The notes: generated by a model not told the origin, from the letters alone. A stretch of 64,000 nucleotides of DNA from an uncultured Actinomycetes bacterium (GCA_963767565.1 CAVYEG010000017.1:27400-91399), one strand, 5' to 3'; positions 44,840-56,649 are shown, numbered from the stretch's first letter. Program-made: numbers and translations.

Positions 44840-44890
44840 CAGCGGTAATCTGAGCCCGGGCCGAACCAGGCCCATGGAGGTGACGGAACC

Positions 44891-45393
44891 GTGAGGCAGC
44901 CCCTGCTGGCGCTCCTCGCTAAAGAGCCAGCTCATGGCTACGAGCTGAAGCTGGCATTGGAACAGACCTTCGGGCAGGCGTACCCGTCCCCGAACATCGG
45001 CCAGGTCTACGTCACGCTGAAACGCCTCGAACAGGACGGCCTGGTCCGCAGCCAAGATGTGGAGCAGGCCACGCGGCCTAACAAGCGCGTTTATGAGCTC
45101 ACTTCTGCCGGGCGCGAAGCCCTCCTCGCCTGGATCGACGAACCGAGCGACGGACCTCGCATCCGCGACGAGTTCTTCGTCAAGCTCATCCTCGCGCCCA
45201 TGACGGGGCTGGCCGACCGGATCGCTCTCATGAACACCCAGCGGCGGCACTACCTCAGCCTGATACGCAGGCTCACCGAGCTGCACGCCGACACCGACCC
45301 GGCGGACACCCCAGCCCGGCTGCTGATCGAGGGCGCCCTCCTGCACCTGCAGGCCGACCTGGACTGGCTGGAACGATGCCAGGAGGAATTCGT

Positions 45394-45397
<4 letters not shown>
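44891..45397 (+). CDS. PadR family transcriptional regulator
   Basis: LLALLAKEPAHGYELKLALEQTFG...GQVYVTLKRLEQDGLV...RVYELTSAGREAL. Confidence 0.9.
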
Positions 45398-46185
<788 letters not shown>

Positions 46186-46191
46186 GGCCCG

Positions 46192-48564
46192 GTGCGAGGA
46201 ACGCTGCGGTGGGCACGCGCGGATCTGCGCTCCCGCCGCGGCCAGGCCCTGCTCACGGTCGCCGTGGTCGCCGGGGTGGCGGCTGCTTTGTTCCTGGCCA
46301 CCATGCTGCTGCAGGGCACGCTCAACCCCTGGCAGCAGCTGTTCGGGCGGACCCACGGGGCGGACGTGCTGGTCTACTTCCAGGACCGGACCGACATCAG
46401 TGAGCTGCACTCGCTGCCGGGAGTTCAGGCGGTCAGCCAGCCCTATCAGGCCGCCTCGGCGACGCTGGCGCAAGGGGCCCAGAAATCACCTGTCGAGCTC
46501 CGCAGCATGACGCCGGTGCCGCCGGCCATGTCGACGCCGCTCGTGGTCGCGGGCAGCTGGCTGCGGGCCTCGGTGCCGGCCGGTGTCGTGGTCGAGGCGT
46601 CGTTCGCCCAGGCGGTTCACGTCGGGGTCGGGGACCAGATCGTGGTGGACGGCATCGACGGCACCATGACCTCGATGCGGGTCATAGGCATCGCCGACAC
46701 AGCTGACCAGGGCTTCTATCCGCAATGGACGCCGGGCCTGATCTGGGTGCAGCACCGGCTGCTGGTCAAGGTCGAGCCGAGCCAGGGCGAGACGCAACAG
46801 GTCGTCGGCCTCCGGCTGACCGATAGCTCCGCCGTGGCCACCGGCCAGGTCGTGCAGACCATCTGGAACCTCTACAACGGCCCGGACCAGAACTCGAGCT
46901 CGGCGGTCGAGCGCTACTCCACCTGGCAGCAGGTGCAGAACTCGATGGCCAGTAACGACCGGCTGCTCGGGCTGCTGCTGGCCTTGTTCGGGATCATCGC
47001 GCTGGTGGCCGCGCCGTGCGCCATCGCGAACGTCACCGCGGGACGGGTGCTCGTGCAGCGGCAGGACATCGCGATGCTGAAGGCCCTCGGGTTCACGCCC
47101 GGCCAGGTGGTGCGGGTGCTGGTCGCCGAGCAGACCGCGCTGGGCGCGGCCGGCACCGTACTCGGGCTGGCCGCGGCACGGATCATGACTTCGCCAGCGT
47201 TCGTGCGGCCGCCCGATGGCACCCCGGTCGGCCTGGCCCCGCTATCCGGCTCCTGGGTGGCGGTGATCGGCGTCGGCACGGTGCTCACCGTCGCGCTCGC
47301 CACTATCGTCCCGGCCTGGTACGCGGGCCGGGTATCACCGGTCGCCGCCGTCCAGCCGAGCCCCCCGCACGGCCACCTCTCCCGGATGGCGCGGCTTGGC
47401 CTGCTCGTCCGGCTGCCCGCTCCGCTGGTCCTGGGGGCCAGGGACTGCCTGAGCCGGCGGCTGCCCGCGGCCCTGACCGTGTTCGGCGTGGCCGTCCCCA
47501 TGGTCATGATCACGATCGCGCTGACCTGCTGGTCGACCGTGGACGGGTTCACCAGGGAGCCGGGCCGGATCGGCCTGGCGGCGGCCGTCACGGTGAGCCA
47601 GGGCGGCCTGGACAACAAGCAGGCCGTGGCCCTGATCAGTCATGACCATCAGGTGCAGGCGTACTACCCGGGCACGTCGTTCGACACGCTGCTGCCGGGT
47701 GACAATGGCACCTTCACCGCTCGGGCCATGGGTTACTCCTGGCGCCCGTACCCGTTCCAGGTGGTCCAGGGACGGATGTTCCATGCGCCGAACGAGGCCG
47801 TGGCGGGCCAGGGCTTCCTTGACCTCATGCACATCGGGGTGGGCGCGTGGATCTCGCCGACGATCGAAGGCGTACCGGTGATCTTGCACATCGTCGGGCG
47901 GACCATCGAGCCTGGCAATAACGGCGACGTCCTCGACTTCGGCCTCGACGCCCTCAGCGACGCGGGCGCAGCGCCCGGCCAGCTGGTCTACAGCCTGGTC
48001 CTGAAGCCGGGAGTGCAGCCAGCCGCGGCGCGGACGAGGCTGCTGGCGGTCTCCGAGGATCAGCTGGACGTGCAGGTAGTGAGCAACCCGGCCGACGGGC
48101 TTGGGGTGGTGCGGGCGGTGATCGCCGTCGCGGTCGTCGTGCTGGCTGTCATCGCGCTCGCGAACCTGCTCACCGCGACCGCGATCGGGCTGCGTGACCA
48201 CGTACATGAGGTCGGCGTGCTCAAGGCCCTCGGGCTCACGCCGCGCCAGGTCATGGCCACCCTGGTGGTCAACACGGCGATCCTGACCAGCATCGGGGTG
48301 GCCAGCGGAACAGCCGCCGGCCTGGTCATCGCGCCGCGACTGATCAATATGCAGGGCCAGACCAGCGGTATCGGGGCGGGTATCTCGGACGGCCTGCCCG
48401 CCACGACGATCGCTGAGATCCTGGCCGTCGCCCTGGCCACCGCCGCGGCCGCGGCGCTGTTCCTGGCCCGCCGTACCACCCGGATCGCAGACTCGGCCCA
48501 CCAGCGCGGCCCGGGCCGCCCGTCACGATCACAGCCGCAGTCTTCACCACTGCGGATCCCGTAG
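46192..48564 (+). CDS. ABC transporter permease with two FtsX-like domains (MacB-type, about 10 TM)
   Basis: 790 aa. The N-terminus LRWARADLRSRRGQALLTVAVV and the duplicated pattern IAMLKALGFTPGQV / VGVLKALGLTPRQV are typical of FtsX domains. Confidence 0.85.
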   Translation: MRGTLRWARADLRSRRGQALLTVAVVAGVAAALFLATMLLQGTLNPWQQLFGRTHGADVLVYFQDRTDISELHSLPGVQAVSQPYQAASATLAQGAQKSPVELRSMTPVPPAMSTPLVVAGSWLRASVPAGVVVEASFAQAVHVGVGDQIVVDGIDGTMTSMRVIGIADTADQGFYPQWTPGLIWVQHRLLVKVEPSQGETQQVVGLRLTDSSAVATGQVVQTIWNLYNGPDQNSSSAVERYSTWQQVQNSMASNDRLLGLLLALFGIIALVAAPCAIANVTAGRVLVQRQDIAMLKALGFTPGQVVRVLVAEQTALGAAGTVLGLAAARIMTSPAFVRPPDGTPVGLAPLSGSWVAVIGVGTVLTVALATIVPAWYAGRVSPVAAVQPSPPHGHLSRMARLGLLVRLPAPLVLGARDCLSRRLPAALTVFGVAVPMVMITIALTCWSTVDGFTREPGRIGLAAAVTVSQGGLDNKQAVALISHDHQVQAYYPGTSFDTLLPGDNGTFTARAMGYSWRPYPFQVVQGRMFHAPNEAVAGQGFLDLMHIGVGAWISPTIEGVPVILHIVGRTIEPGNNGDVLDFGLDALSDAGAAPGQLVYSLVLKPGVQPAAARTRLLAVSEDQLDVQVVSNPADGLGVVRAVIAVAVVVLAVIALANLLTATAIGLRDHVHEVGVLKALGLTPRQVMATLVVNTAILTSIGVASGTAAGLVIAPRLINMQGQTSGIGAGISDGLPATTIAEILAVALATAAAAALFLARRTTRIADSAHQRGPGRPSRSQPQSSPLRIP

Positions 48565-48673
48565 ACGTCACCAGGAGGTGTCAGGCATGGCGATTTCACC
48601 CTAGCCCCAGCGGGCACACCGGCAAGTGGACGACGGCTTGCCACGGCAACGTCCGGAGGCTGTCCCATGGCCA

Positions 48674-48685
48674 GACAACGTTGAC
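48674..48685. promoter_or_regulatory. AACGTT-core site GACAACGTTGAC in the long leader upstream of the sugar ABC operon
   Basis: Indexed from ORF 48060..48737. Shares AGACAACGTTG with the site at 54166. Confidence 0.35.
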
Positions 48686-48898
48686 TCACAACCATCTGTA
48701 GATTTGCACGGAAGGGCGTGGCGGTACTTTTCACCAACGCCTCAATGATCTAGGCTGGCGCCCAGCGGGAGCAGGGAAAATGTCTTCCGTAGCTGCTCCT
48801 TGCGTATGCCTAGGTTTCAGACGTCACATTTTGGAAACGAGATGGAAACTAGGCTTGACCGTAGCAGAACGTTCCATCACGCTGTGAGATAACTGCGG

Positions 48899-48910
48899 GA
48901 TAACGTTATC
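48899..48910. promoter_or_regulatory. Perfect 12-bp palindrome GATAACGTTATC; LacI-type operator candidate
   Basis: Read from the sequence about 390 nt upstream of the SBP start at 49300. There is no ORF anchor nearby, so the coordinate is +/- 2 nt. Confidence 0.35.
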
Positions 48911-49299
48911 TAGGAGACCGGCTGCTCCGGCTCAGGCTGTAAGGAAGTCCGTTATGAGTCATCCACGCCTGACAAGAGGAATGGCCGCGGCCCGGGCCTC
49001 CAGCGGAGTCCCGGCCGCTTGCCGGGAGAGGCGTCCGTGGAACTAGCCCCCTGTGCGTGCCCCTTGATGGCCGGGCCGGCCGTTCGCGGCGGGGGACTCT
49101 CCCGCGCCGCGCATCGTGTCAGCCCTGGTCACCCGACACGGCGGCTCGGCCCGCCACGTAGTCAGGAAAGGGCAGGACTAGTACGCCGGGCTCGTCGTGG
49201 CCAGGCCGGATTCGGCCCTACGCGGTCACGGGCGTCGCATGAATGGCCGGCATTCCCATGAGTAGCCCAGAAGAAGAGTAAGAGTGCAGAGGAGCACAC

Positions 49300-50694
49300 A
49301 TGTCACGAAGAAGTTCGCCGAGAAACTCTCACTGGCCCAAGAGGGGCGCCGGGCTGGCCGCCCTGGCGGGTGCCACCGTGCTGGTGCTCAGTGCCTGCGG
49401 TAGCAGCGGCTCCAGCAGCAGCACTACCGGCACAACCGGCGCGAGCAGCGCCCCCAGCGGCGTCGGCTCGACCACGTCCGGCAGCATCGTCTGGTCGGCC
49501 AGCCCGCTGACCGGCACCGGCGCCAACGACGCCCGGACCGTGCTGATCAACGCGTTCGAGAAGCAGTACCCGGGCATCCACGTCACCCTGGTGTCCGCGT
49601 CCACCGACACCGACACCAACCGGGCCACGCTGGCCACGCAGATCGCGGGCGGCTCGTCCTCCCCCGACGTGTTCATGGGCGACGTGATCTGGCCCGCTCA
49701 GTTCGGCGCGCACCAGCTGGCCGTGCCGCTGTCGCAGTACCTCCCGGCGAGCTACTGGAGCAAGTTCGCTCCCGGGCTGGTCGCCGGGGCTACGTACAAG
49801 GGCGCGGTCTACGGCTCACCGCTGTTCGAGGACCAGGGCTTCCTGTACTACCGCAAGGACCTGCTCACCAAGGACGGGCTGCCGGTCCCGACGACCTGGG
49901 AGCAGCTGGAAACCGACGCCAAGGCCGTGCTGGCCAAGGGCCAGACCAAGTACGGATTCGTCTGGGAAGGCGACTCGTATGAGGGTCTGACCTGCAACTT
50001 CATGGAGTACCTGACGGACGCCGGCGGCACGGCGACCAACAGCGGCTTTACCTCGGCCACGCTTAACTCGGCCGCGGCGCTCAAGGCGGTCACGTTCATG
50101 CGCAGCCTGATCACCTCCGGCGTCACCCCGGCCGCGGTGACCACGTTCCAGGAGCCGCAGGCGATGAACACCTTCGGCTCCGGCCAGGCCGCGTTCCTGC
50201 GCAACTGGGACTACGCCTACAGTGCCGCCACGACTCCGTCCAGCGGCGGCAAGCTCACCGCGAGCCAGGTCGGCGTGGCGCCGCTGCCGACCTTCGCGGG
50301 CCAGTCGACCCCCGGCTACTCCAACATCGGCGGCTGGAACATGTACATCAACCCGCACAGCACGCACCTGGGTGCAGACCTGACCTTCATCCAGTGGCTG
50401 TCGAGCCCCGCGGCCCAGGACATCCTGTCCATGAGGTACGGGTTCATCTCCACCGTCACGTCGGTCCGCAGCGCGCCCGCGGTCATCGCCGCCAACCCGG
50501 TGTTTGCCGTCGTGCCGATGACCAAGCTGGTCCCGCGGCCCGCGGGCACGCCCGAGTACCCGGCGCTGTCCACCGCGATCTACCAGAACGTGAACGGCGC
50601 CCTGGCCGGGTCGACCAGTCCGTCGGCCGCGGTCGCGGCGATGAACTCCGCGGCCAACACCGCGCTCAGCAGCACATCAAGCGGCGGATTGTGA
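49300..50694 (+). CDS. Carbohydrate ABC transporter substrate-binding lipoprotein
   Basis: Signal peptide and lipobox VLSAC, with a family-1 SBP pattern (YGSPLFEDQGFLYYRKD). Confidence 0.85.
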   Translation: MSRRSSPRNSHWPKRGAGLAALAGATVLVLSACGSSGSSSSTTGTTGASSAPSGVGSTTSGSIVWSASPLTGTGANDARTVLINAFEKQYPGIHVTLVSASTDTDTNRATLATQIAGGSSSPDVFMGDVIWPAQFGAHQLAVPLSQYLPASYWSKFAPGLVAGATYKGAVYGSPLFEDQGFLYYRKDLLTKDGLPVPTTWEQLETDAKAVLAKGQTKYGFVWEGDSYEGLTCNFMEYLTDAGGTATNSGFTSATLNSAAALKAVTFMRSLITSGVTPAAVTTFQEPQAMNTFGSGQAAFLRNWDYAYSAATTPSSGGKLTASQVGVAPLPTFAGQSTPGYSNIGGWNMYINPHSTHLGADLTFIQWLSSPAAQDILSMRYGFISTVTSVRSAPAVIAANPVFAVVPMTKLVPRPAGTPEYPALSTAIYQNVNGALAGSTSPSAAVAAMNSAANTALSSTSSGGL

Positions 50695-50815
50695 CCTAGC
50701 CGCCAAAGCTGCCCGGGCCGGGAAGCGATCGCTTCCCGGCCCGGGCGGTCGCCCCGCCCGGTCAGCTGGCAATACCTACCTGCTTATCTCGGCCCCCGGC
50801 CGCGAGGAGTTACCC

Positions 50816-51781
50816 ATGACCGCCATAAGTGCTTCTGGACAAAGCGCCGCTGGACCGGTGGACACCATCGTCCCCCCGGTCCCGCGCCCCGATATCAACA
50901 GGAAACGGCTAGCCCGGATGGGCTGGGGCTTCTCGCTTCCCGCGCTAATCGTCATCGCCGCGGTCACGATCTTCCCCATCGTGTACTCGGTGATCATGAG
51001 CCTGAACAACGTGGTTGTGACGGGCAGCGGCTTCAGCCTGGACGGATTTACCTTCAGCAACTACAACCTGCTCATTCATGCGTCCCTGTGGCGGGACGCG
51101 CTGTTCTTCACCGTCTATTACACCGTGGTGACCGTCATCGTCGAGCTGGTGCTCGGAACCTGCATCGCGCTCGTGCTCGAGCGTCTCGTCAAGGGGCGCG
51201 GGTACATGATGGCGCTGATGCTCCTGCCCTGGTCGATGATCACCGTCATCAACGCCGAGCTGTGGGCCTACATCTACAACGGGACCTACGGCGTGGCCGA
51301 CTACATCCTGGGCGGGCTCGGCCTCGGCCACCCGGTGATCCTCGGCACCCCGACCCCGGCCATCATCGGGCTGATGATCGCCGACATCTGGAAGACGACG
51401 CCGTTCGTGGCGATCATCGTGCTGGCCGGGCTGGTGATGCTGCCCGGCGACGTGTACGAGGCCGCGGAAATGGACGGCGCGTCGGGCTGGTACACGTTCT
51501 GGCACATCACCTTGCCGCTGCTGCGGCCGACGATCGCGCTCGCGGTCATGTTCCGGGTGCTGCAGGCGTTCGGGCTGTTCGACCTGCCTTACGTCATGAC
51601 CGGCGGCGGTCCGGGCACCTCGACCCAGTCGCTGTCGATCCTCGCCTTCAACGCGCTATTCAAGAACCTCGCCTTCGGGCCAGGAGCCGCCGTGGCGACC
51701 AGCACCGCGCTGCTGGTGCTCCTCGGCTGCCTGGCCACGCTGCGGGTGTTCCGGGCCCAGGTCGGGCAGGAGGGCAACTGA
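50816..51781 (+). CDS. Carbohydrate ABC transporter permease (MalF-like)
   Basis: EAA loop VYEAAEMDGASGWYTFWHITLPLLRP and 6 TM segments. Confidence 0.85.
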   Translation: MTAISASGQSAAGPVDTIVPPVPRPDINRKRLARMGWGFSLPALIVIAAVTIFPIVYSVIMSLNNVVVTGSGFSLDGFTFSNYNLLIHASLWRDALFFTVYYTVVTVIVELVLGTCIALVLERLVKGRGYMMALMLLPWSMITVINAELWAYIYNGTYGVADYILGGLGLGHPVILGTPTPAIIGLMIADIWKTTPFVAIIVLAGLVMLPGDVYEAAEMDGASGWYTFWHITLPLLRPTIALAVMFRVLQAFGLFDLPYVMTGGGPGTSTQSLSILAFNALFKNLAFGPGAAVATSTALLVLLGCLATLRVFRAQVGQEGN

Positions 51782-52620
51782 TGCGAAACCGCAAGCGGAC
51801 CGGGTGGCACCGGTACATCAACGGCGTCACCATCTCCACCTTCGTCACCGTGATCTTCATCATCCTTCCGCTGTACTGGCTGATCGCCTCGAGCTTCAAG
51901 TCACCGAACGACGTCGGCACGACTCAGCTCTTCCCCCGCCCGATCAGCGGGGCGAACTACAGCAACGCGTTCGTCGGCTACGACTTCGGGATCTACTTCC
52001 GGAACTCGATTGTCGTCACCCTCGTCACCACCGCGCTGGTGCTGATCCTGGGCACCATGGCCGGCTACGCGCTCGGCCGGCTGCCGATGCGGGGGAAGTT
52101 CACCACGATGGTGACCCTGCTGATCATCTCGGTGTTCCCGGAAGTCGCGGTGATCGCCCCGCTGTACCTGCTCGAGCGCGACCTCGGCCTGCTGAACAGC
52201 TATCCGGCGCTGATCCTGCCCTATACGGCCTTCTTCCTGCCGTTCGCCATCTGGATCCTGCGGAACTACATGCTCGGGATCCCGAAGGAGATGGAGGAGA
52301 CCGGCCGGATCGACGGGGCCGGGCCACTGCGGACGGTCTGGAGCATCGTCCTGCCGCAGGCGCTGCCGGGCCTGTTCACGGCGGGCATCTTCACCTTCAC
52401 CGCGTGCTGGACCGAGTTCCTGATGGCGCTGACGTTCGACAATTCAAACAACTTCCGGACCATCCCGGTGGGCATCGCCGACTTCGGCGGGAACTTCCAG
52501 GTCCCGTACGGGACCATCTTCGCGGCCAGCGTCGTGGCGGTGGTGCCCATCGGCCTCCTGGTCTTCATCTTCCGCAAGTTCGTAGTCTCCGGCCTGACCT
52601 CGGGCGCGGTGAAGGGATGA
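51781..52620 (+). CDS. Carbohydrate ABC transporter permease (MalG-like)
   Basis: ATG 51781 overlaps the upstream stop (TGATG) in the frame of ORF 51088..52620. EAA loop EMEETGRIDGAGPLRTVWSIVLPQALPGL. Confidence 0.85.
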   Translation: MRNRKRTGWHRYINGVTISTFVTVIFIILPLYWLIASSFKSPNDVGTTQLFPRPISGANYSNAFVGYDFGIYFRNSIVVTLVTTALVLILGTMAGYALGRLPMRGKFTTMVTLLIISVFPEVAVIAPLYLLERDLGLLNSYPALILPYTAFFLPFAIWILRNYMLGIPKEMEETGRIDGAGPLRTVWSIVLPQALPGLFTAGIFTFTACWTEFLMALTFDNSNNFRTIPVGIADFGGNFQVPYGTIFAASVVAVVPIGLLVFIFRKFVVSGLTSGAVKG

Positions 52621-52663
52621 GCAAGTCCTGCGATCTCGGGCGCGCGCCCGGTAAGGAGTCATC

Positions 52664-53821
<1,158 letters not shown>

Positions 53822-53870
53822 GCAGGACGCGACCCGGACCGAAACGGCTCCGCCCTGGTGGCATGGGCCG

Positions 53871-54000
53871 GTCAAGGATCGGGCCCTGGACGTACCCGAT
53901 GGCGAGTGCACGGTGCTGGTAGGCCCGTCCGGCTGGGTGAGCCCGGCCGGACGGGCTGAGGGACGTGATCAGCGGCCGCCCGCGATGGGCCAGGCCGACC
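53871..54000 (+). pseudogene. Decayed N-terminal fragment of a second MsiK/UgpC-type ATPase gene
   Basis: VKDRALDVPDGECTVLVGPSGW parallels [24 protein letters not shown] of the intact gene. After a frame slip it reads GLRDVISGR, compared with GLEDITSG. The Walker A lysine is lost and there is no continuation. Confidence 0.55.
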
Positions 54001-54165
54001 GATTGACGCGCGGTTCCGGCGGGCTGGGTGTCCAATCCGCCGGAACCCGGGCTGTTCCCGTTCGAGCGCCGGACCCGGCTGCGGCAGGCGGGTCGATCTG
54101 AGGCAAGCCATGGTGGAGTTCCCTTCGACAGAAACAGGATCGGGGGGCCGCGAAGACACCTCCGA

Positions 54166-54177
54166 GACAACGTTGCC
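54166..54177. promoter_or_regulatory. AACGTT-core site GACAACGTTGCC about 290 nt upstream of the LacI-family gene
   Basis: Indexed from ORF 54028..54252. Confidence 0.35.
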
Positions 54178-54463
54178 TTGGCCGGAATGAGCATCTGCCC
54201 GGCCCGATCAATACCCTCGCGTCCTTGTCATTTCGATGTCACGGGCGGTTAAGGAAGGTGGTTCGCAAATGCCAGAATCACCTAGATTTTATCTGAGTCC
54301 AGGCATATTTAGCCTGGAACATACCGGTCAGCACGCTGATCAGCTCGTGCGCCTGGTGGTGAGATGACGTAATCCAAACTGGCAGTTCAGGGATTGGATT
54401 GCCTGCGCGCAGACCCTATGATCGACTCAGAGCCACAACTCGCTCGTTCTTGGAAGGACATCG

Positions 54464-55528
54464 ATGTCTGCGGCCCCTGCCGGCAGTCAGAGCCGTCCGG
54501 CCCGACCCACTATGAAGGACGTGGCGGCGCTGGCCGGAGTGGCGATCAAGACGGTGTCCCGGGTTATGAACGGTGACCCGACGGTGACGCCGGACCTGGC
54601 GGCGCGCATCCGGGACGCGGCCCGCAAGCTCGGCTACCGGCCCAATCTGACTGCCAGCAGCCTGCGCCGCGGAGACCGGCGCACCGCGACGATAGGCCTG
54701 CTTCTGGAAAACGTGGCCAACCCTTTCTCGGCGGGCTTGCTGCGCGCGGTGGAAGACGTGGCCCGGCAGCGCCGGGTCCAGATCCTGATCGGGAGCCTGG
54801 ACCAGGACCAGGACCGGGAACGTGAGCTGGCGACGACCCTCATTGACCGTGGCGTTGACGGCCTGATCATCGTGCCCGCGGCACCAGATCAGAGCTACCT
54901 GCTGGTCGAGCGGAACCTCGGGATCAGGGTGGTGTTCCTGGACCGCGAGCCAAGGTTCCTCAACGCCGACGTCGTCATCTCGGGGAACCGCCAAGGCGCG
55001 ATCGCGGCCGTCGAGCACTTGCGTTCGTATGGTCACCAGCGGATCGGGTACCTAGGGGACAGCTCCGCGATCACCAGCGCGGCCCATCGGTTCGACGGCT
55101 ACCGCCATGCGCTCGAGCGCACCGGGCTGGTGCTTGACCCGCTCCTGATCAGGCAGGGGTTGCGCAGCATCGAGGCGGCGACTCAGGCCGCGGCCGAGAT
55201 GATCCGCCTGGCCGATCCGCCGACCGCGTTGTTCGCGAGCCAGAACCTGGTAACGATCGGCACCGTCCGGGCCCTGTGGCAGGCTGGCCTGCAGCATGCG
55301 GTGGCCTTGGTCGGATTCGACGACTTCCTGCTGGCCGATGTCCTCGATCCGGGTGTCACGGTGATTACCCAGGACGTGCGCCGACTAGGCCGCCTGGCGG
55401 CGGAGTTGCTGTTCGCGCGCCTCGACGGCGATGTCTCGCCACCGCAGACCCATACGGTACCGACCGAGATGCTGATACGCGGGTCGGGTGAGATCAGGCC
55501 CGCTCCGGTCAGCGCGGCCAGCGGATGA
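54464..55528 (+). CDS. LacI family transcriptional regulator
   Basis: MKDVAALAGVAIKTVSRVMNGDPTVTPDLAARIRDAARKLGYRPN, plus a periplasmic-binding-protein-like core. The start may be ATG 54512. Confidence 0.9.
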   Translation: MSAAPAGSQSRPARPTMKDVAALAGVAIKTVSRVMNGDPTVTPDLAARIRDAARKLGYRPNLTASSLRRGDRRTATIGLLLENVANPFSAGLLRAVEDVARQRRVQILIGSLDQDQDRERELATTLIDRGVDGLIIVPAAPDQSYLLVERNLGIRVVFLDREPRFLNADVVISGNRQGAIAAVEHLRSYGHQRIGYLGDSSAITSAAHRFDGYRHALERTGLVLDPLLIRQGLRSIEAATQAAAEMIRLADPPTALFASQNLVTIGTVRALWQAGLQHAVALVGFDDFLLADVLDPGVTVITQDVRRLGRLAAELLFARLDGDVSPPQTHTVPTEMLIRGSGEIRPAPVSAASG

Positions 55529-56532
55529 CCGGCCCCTCTGGTGCCGTGGCGGGCGTCACCGTAATCGGCGAGGCGATCATCGACCTCGTCCCCGGCGGGC
55601 AGCCCCGGACCTTCCAGGCCGTACCCGGCGGCAGCCCGTACAACGTCGCCATCGGCCTGGCCCGTCTGGGGCACCGCACGACCCTGATGGCCCGGCTGGC
55701 CGACACGGCATTCGGCCGTATCCTGCGCGAGCACGCCGAGGCCGAGGGCATCGACCTCAGTGCCGCGCCGCACGCGCCCGAGCCGTCCACGCTGGCCGTG
55801 GTGTCCCTGGACGCCGCGGCCCAGGCCAGCTATGACTTCTATCTCAACGGCACCGCGGACTGGCAGTGGGCGGCCGAGGAAACCAGCCGTGCTCCCGAGG
55901 GCACCTCCGTGCTCCACTTCGGATCACTCGCCTCCTGGACCCCTCCAGGGGACGTGAGGATCCTGGAGCTGGCTGACCGCATGCGGCGCCGCGGTGACGT
56001 ACTGGTGACTTATGATCCGAACGTCCGGCCCGGATTGTTCGCGGATCACCGGGACGCCCAGGGCCTGGTCGAGCGGGCCGTACGGCTGGCCCACCTGACC
56101 AAGGCGAGCTCCGATGACATCGCCTGGCTGTACCCCGGCCAGCCGGCCGCTGATGTGGCGCGGCGCTGGCTCGGGCTGGGCGCGACGCTGGTAGTCATCA
56201 CCGGCTCAGCCGATGGCGCCGACGTCTTCACCGCCCATGGCCAGTCCGTTCACCGCCCCGCCCTTGACGTCACCGTGGTCGACACCGTCGGCGCAGGAGA
56301 CTCCTTCACCGCCGGGCTGATCGCATCGCTTCTCCAGCGAGGCCAGCAGGCGCCCGCGGACCTGGCCCGGTGCGCGGCGGACCAGCTGGCCGGGGCGCTG
56401 GACGACGCGACGCTGGTGGCGTCGCTCAACTGCCAACGGCGCGGCAACGACCCGCCGACGATGGCCGAGGTAGCCGAGGCCCGCGGCCGTCTCAAGCCGC
56501 TGCTGTCCCAGCCGGGATCGCAGCCAGCCTAA
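55525..56532 (+). CDS. PfkB family carbohydrate kinase (fructokinase-like)
   Basis: VTVIGEAIIDLVP...PGGSPYNVAIGLARLG... and a C-terminal DTVGAGDSFTAGL motif. The start overlaps the LacI stop. Confidence 0.85.
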   Translation: MTGPSGAVAGVTVIGEAIIDLVPGGQPRTFQAVPGGSPYNVAIGLARLGHRTTLMARLADTAFGRILREHAEAEGIDLSAAPHAPEPSTLAVVSLDAAAQASYDFYLNGTADWQWAAEETSRAPEGTSVLHFGSLASWTPPGDVRILELADRMRRRGDVLVTYDPNVRPGLFADHRDAQGLVERAVRLAHLTKASSDDIAWLYPGQPAADVARRWLGLGATLVVITGSADGADVFTAHGQSVHRPALDVTVVDTVGAGDSFTAGLIASLLQRGQQAPADLARCAADQLAGALDDATLVASLNCQRRGNDPPTMAEVAEARGRLKPLLSQPGSQPA

Positions 56533-56649
56533 GCCTCGCCGCGCGTCCCGCCCGCGACACCTTCTTGAACGAATTCGGTTCATGCTATCGGCTGTATAGT
56601 CGTCTATGGTCGTGTTAGGTAGAGTATTAGCATGTGAAGCAAGGACGAA

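Noticed and set aside
49019-49261. An 80-aa ORF in the long leader upstream of the sugar ABC operon.
   Set aside because: The composition is Arg/Gly/Pro-rich with no motif or Shine-Dalgarno sequence. It is more consistent with a structured GC-rich untranslated region.
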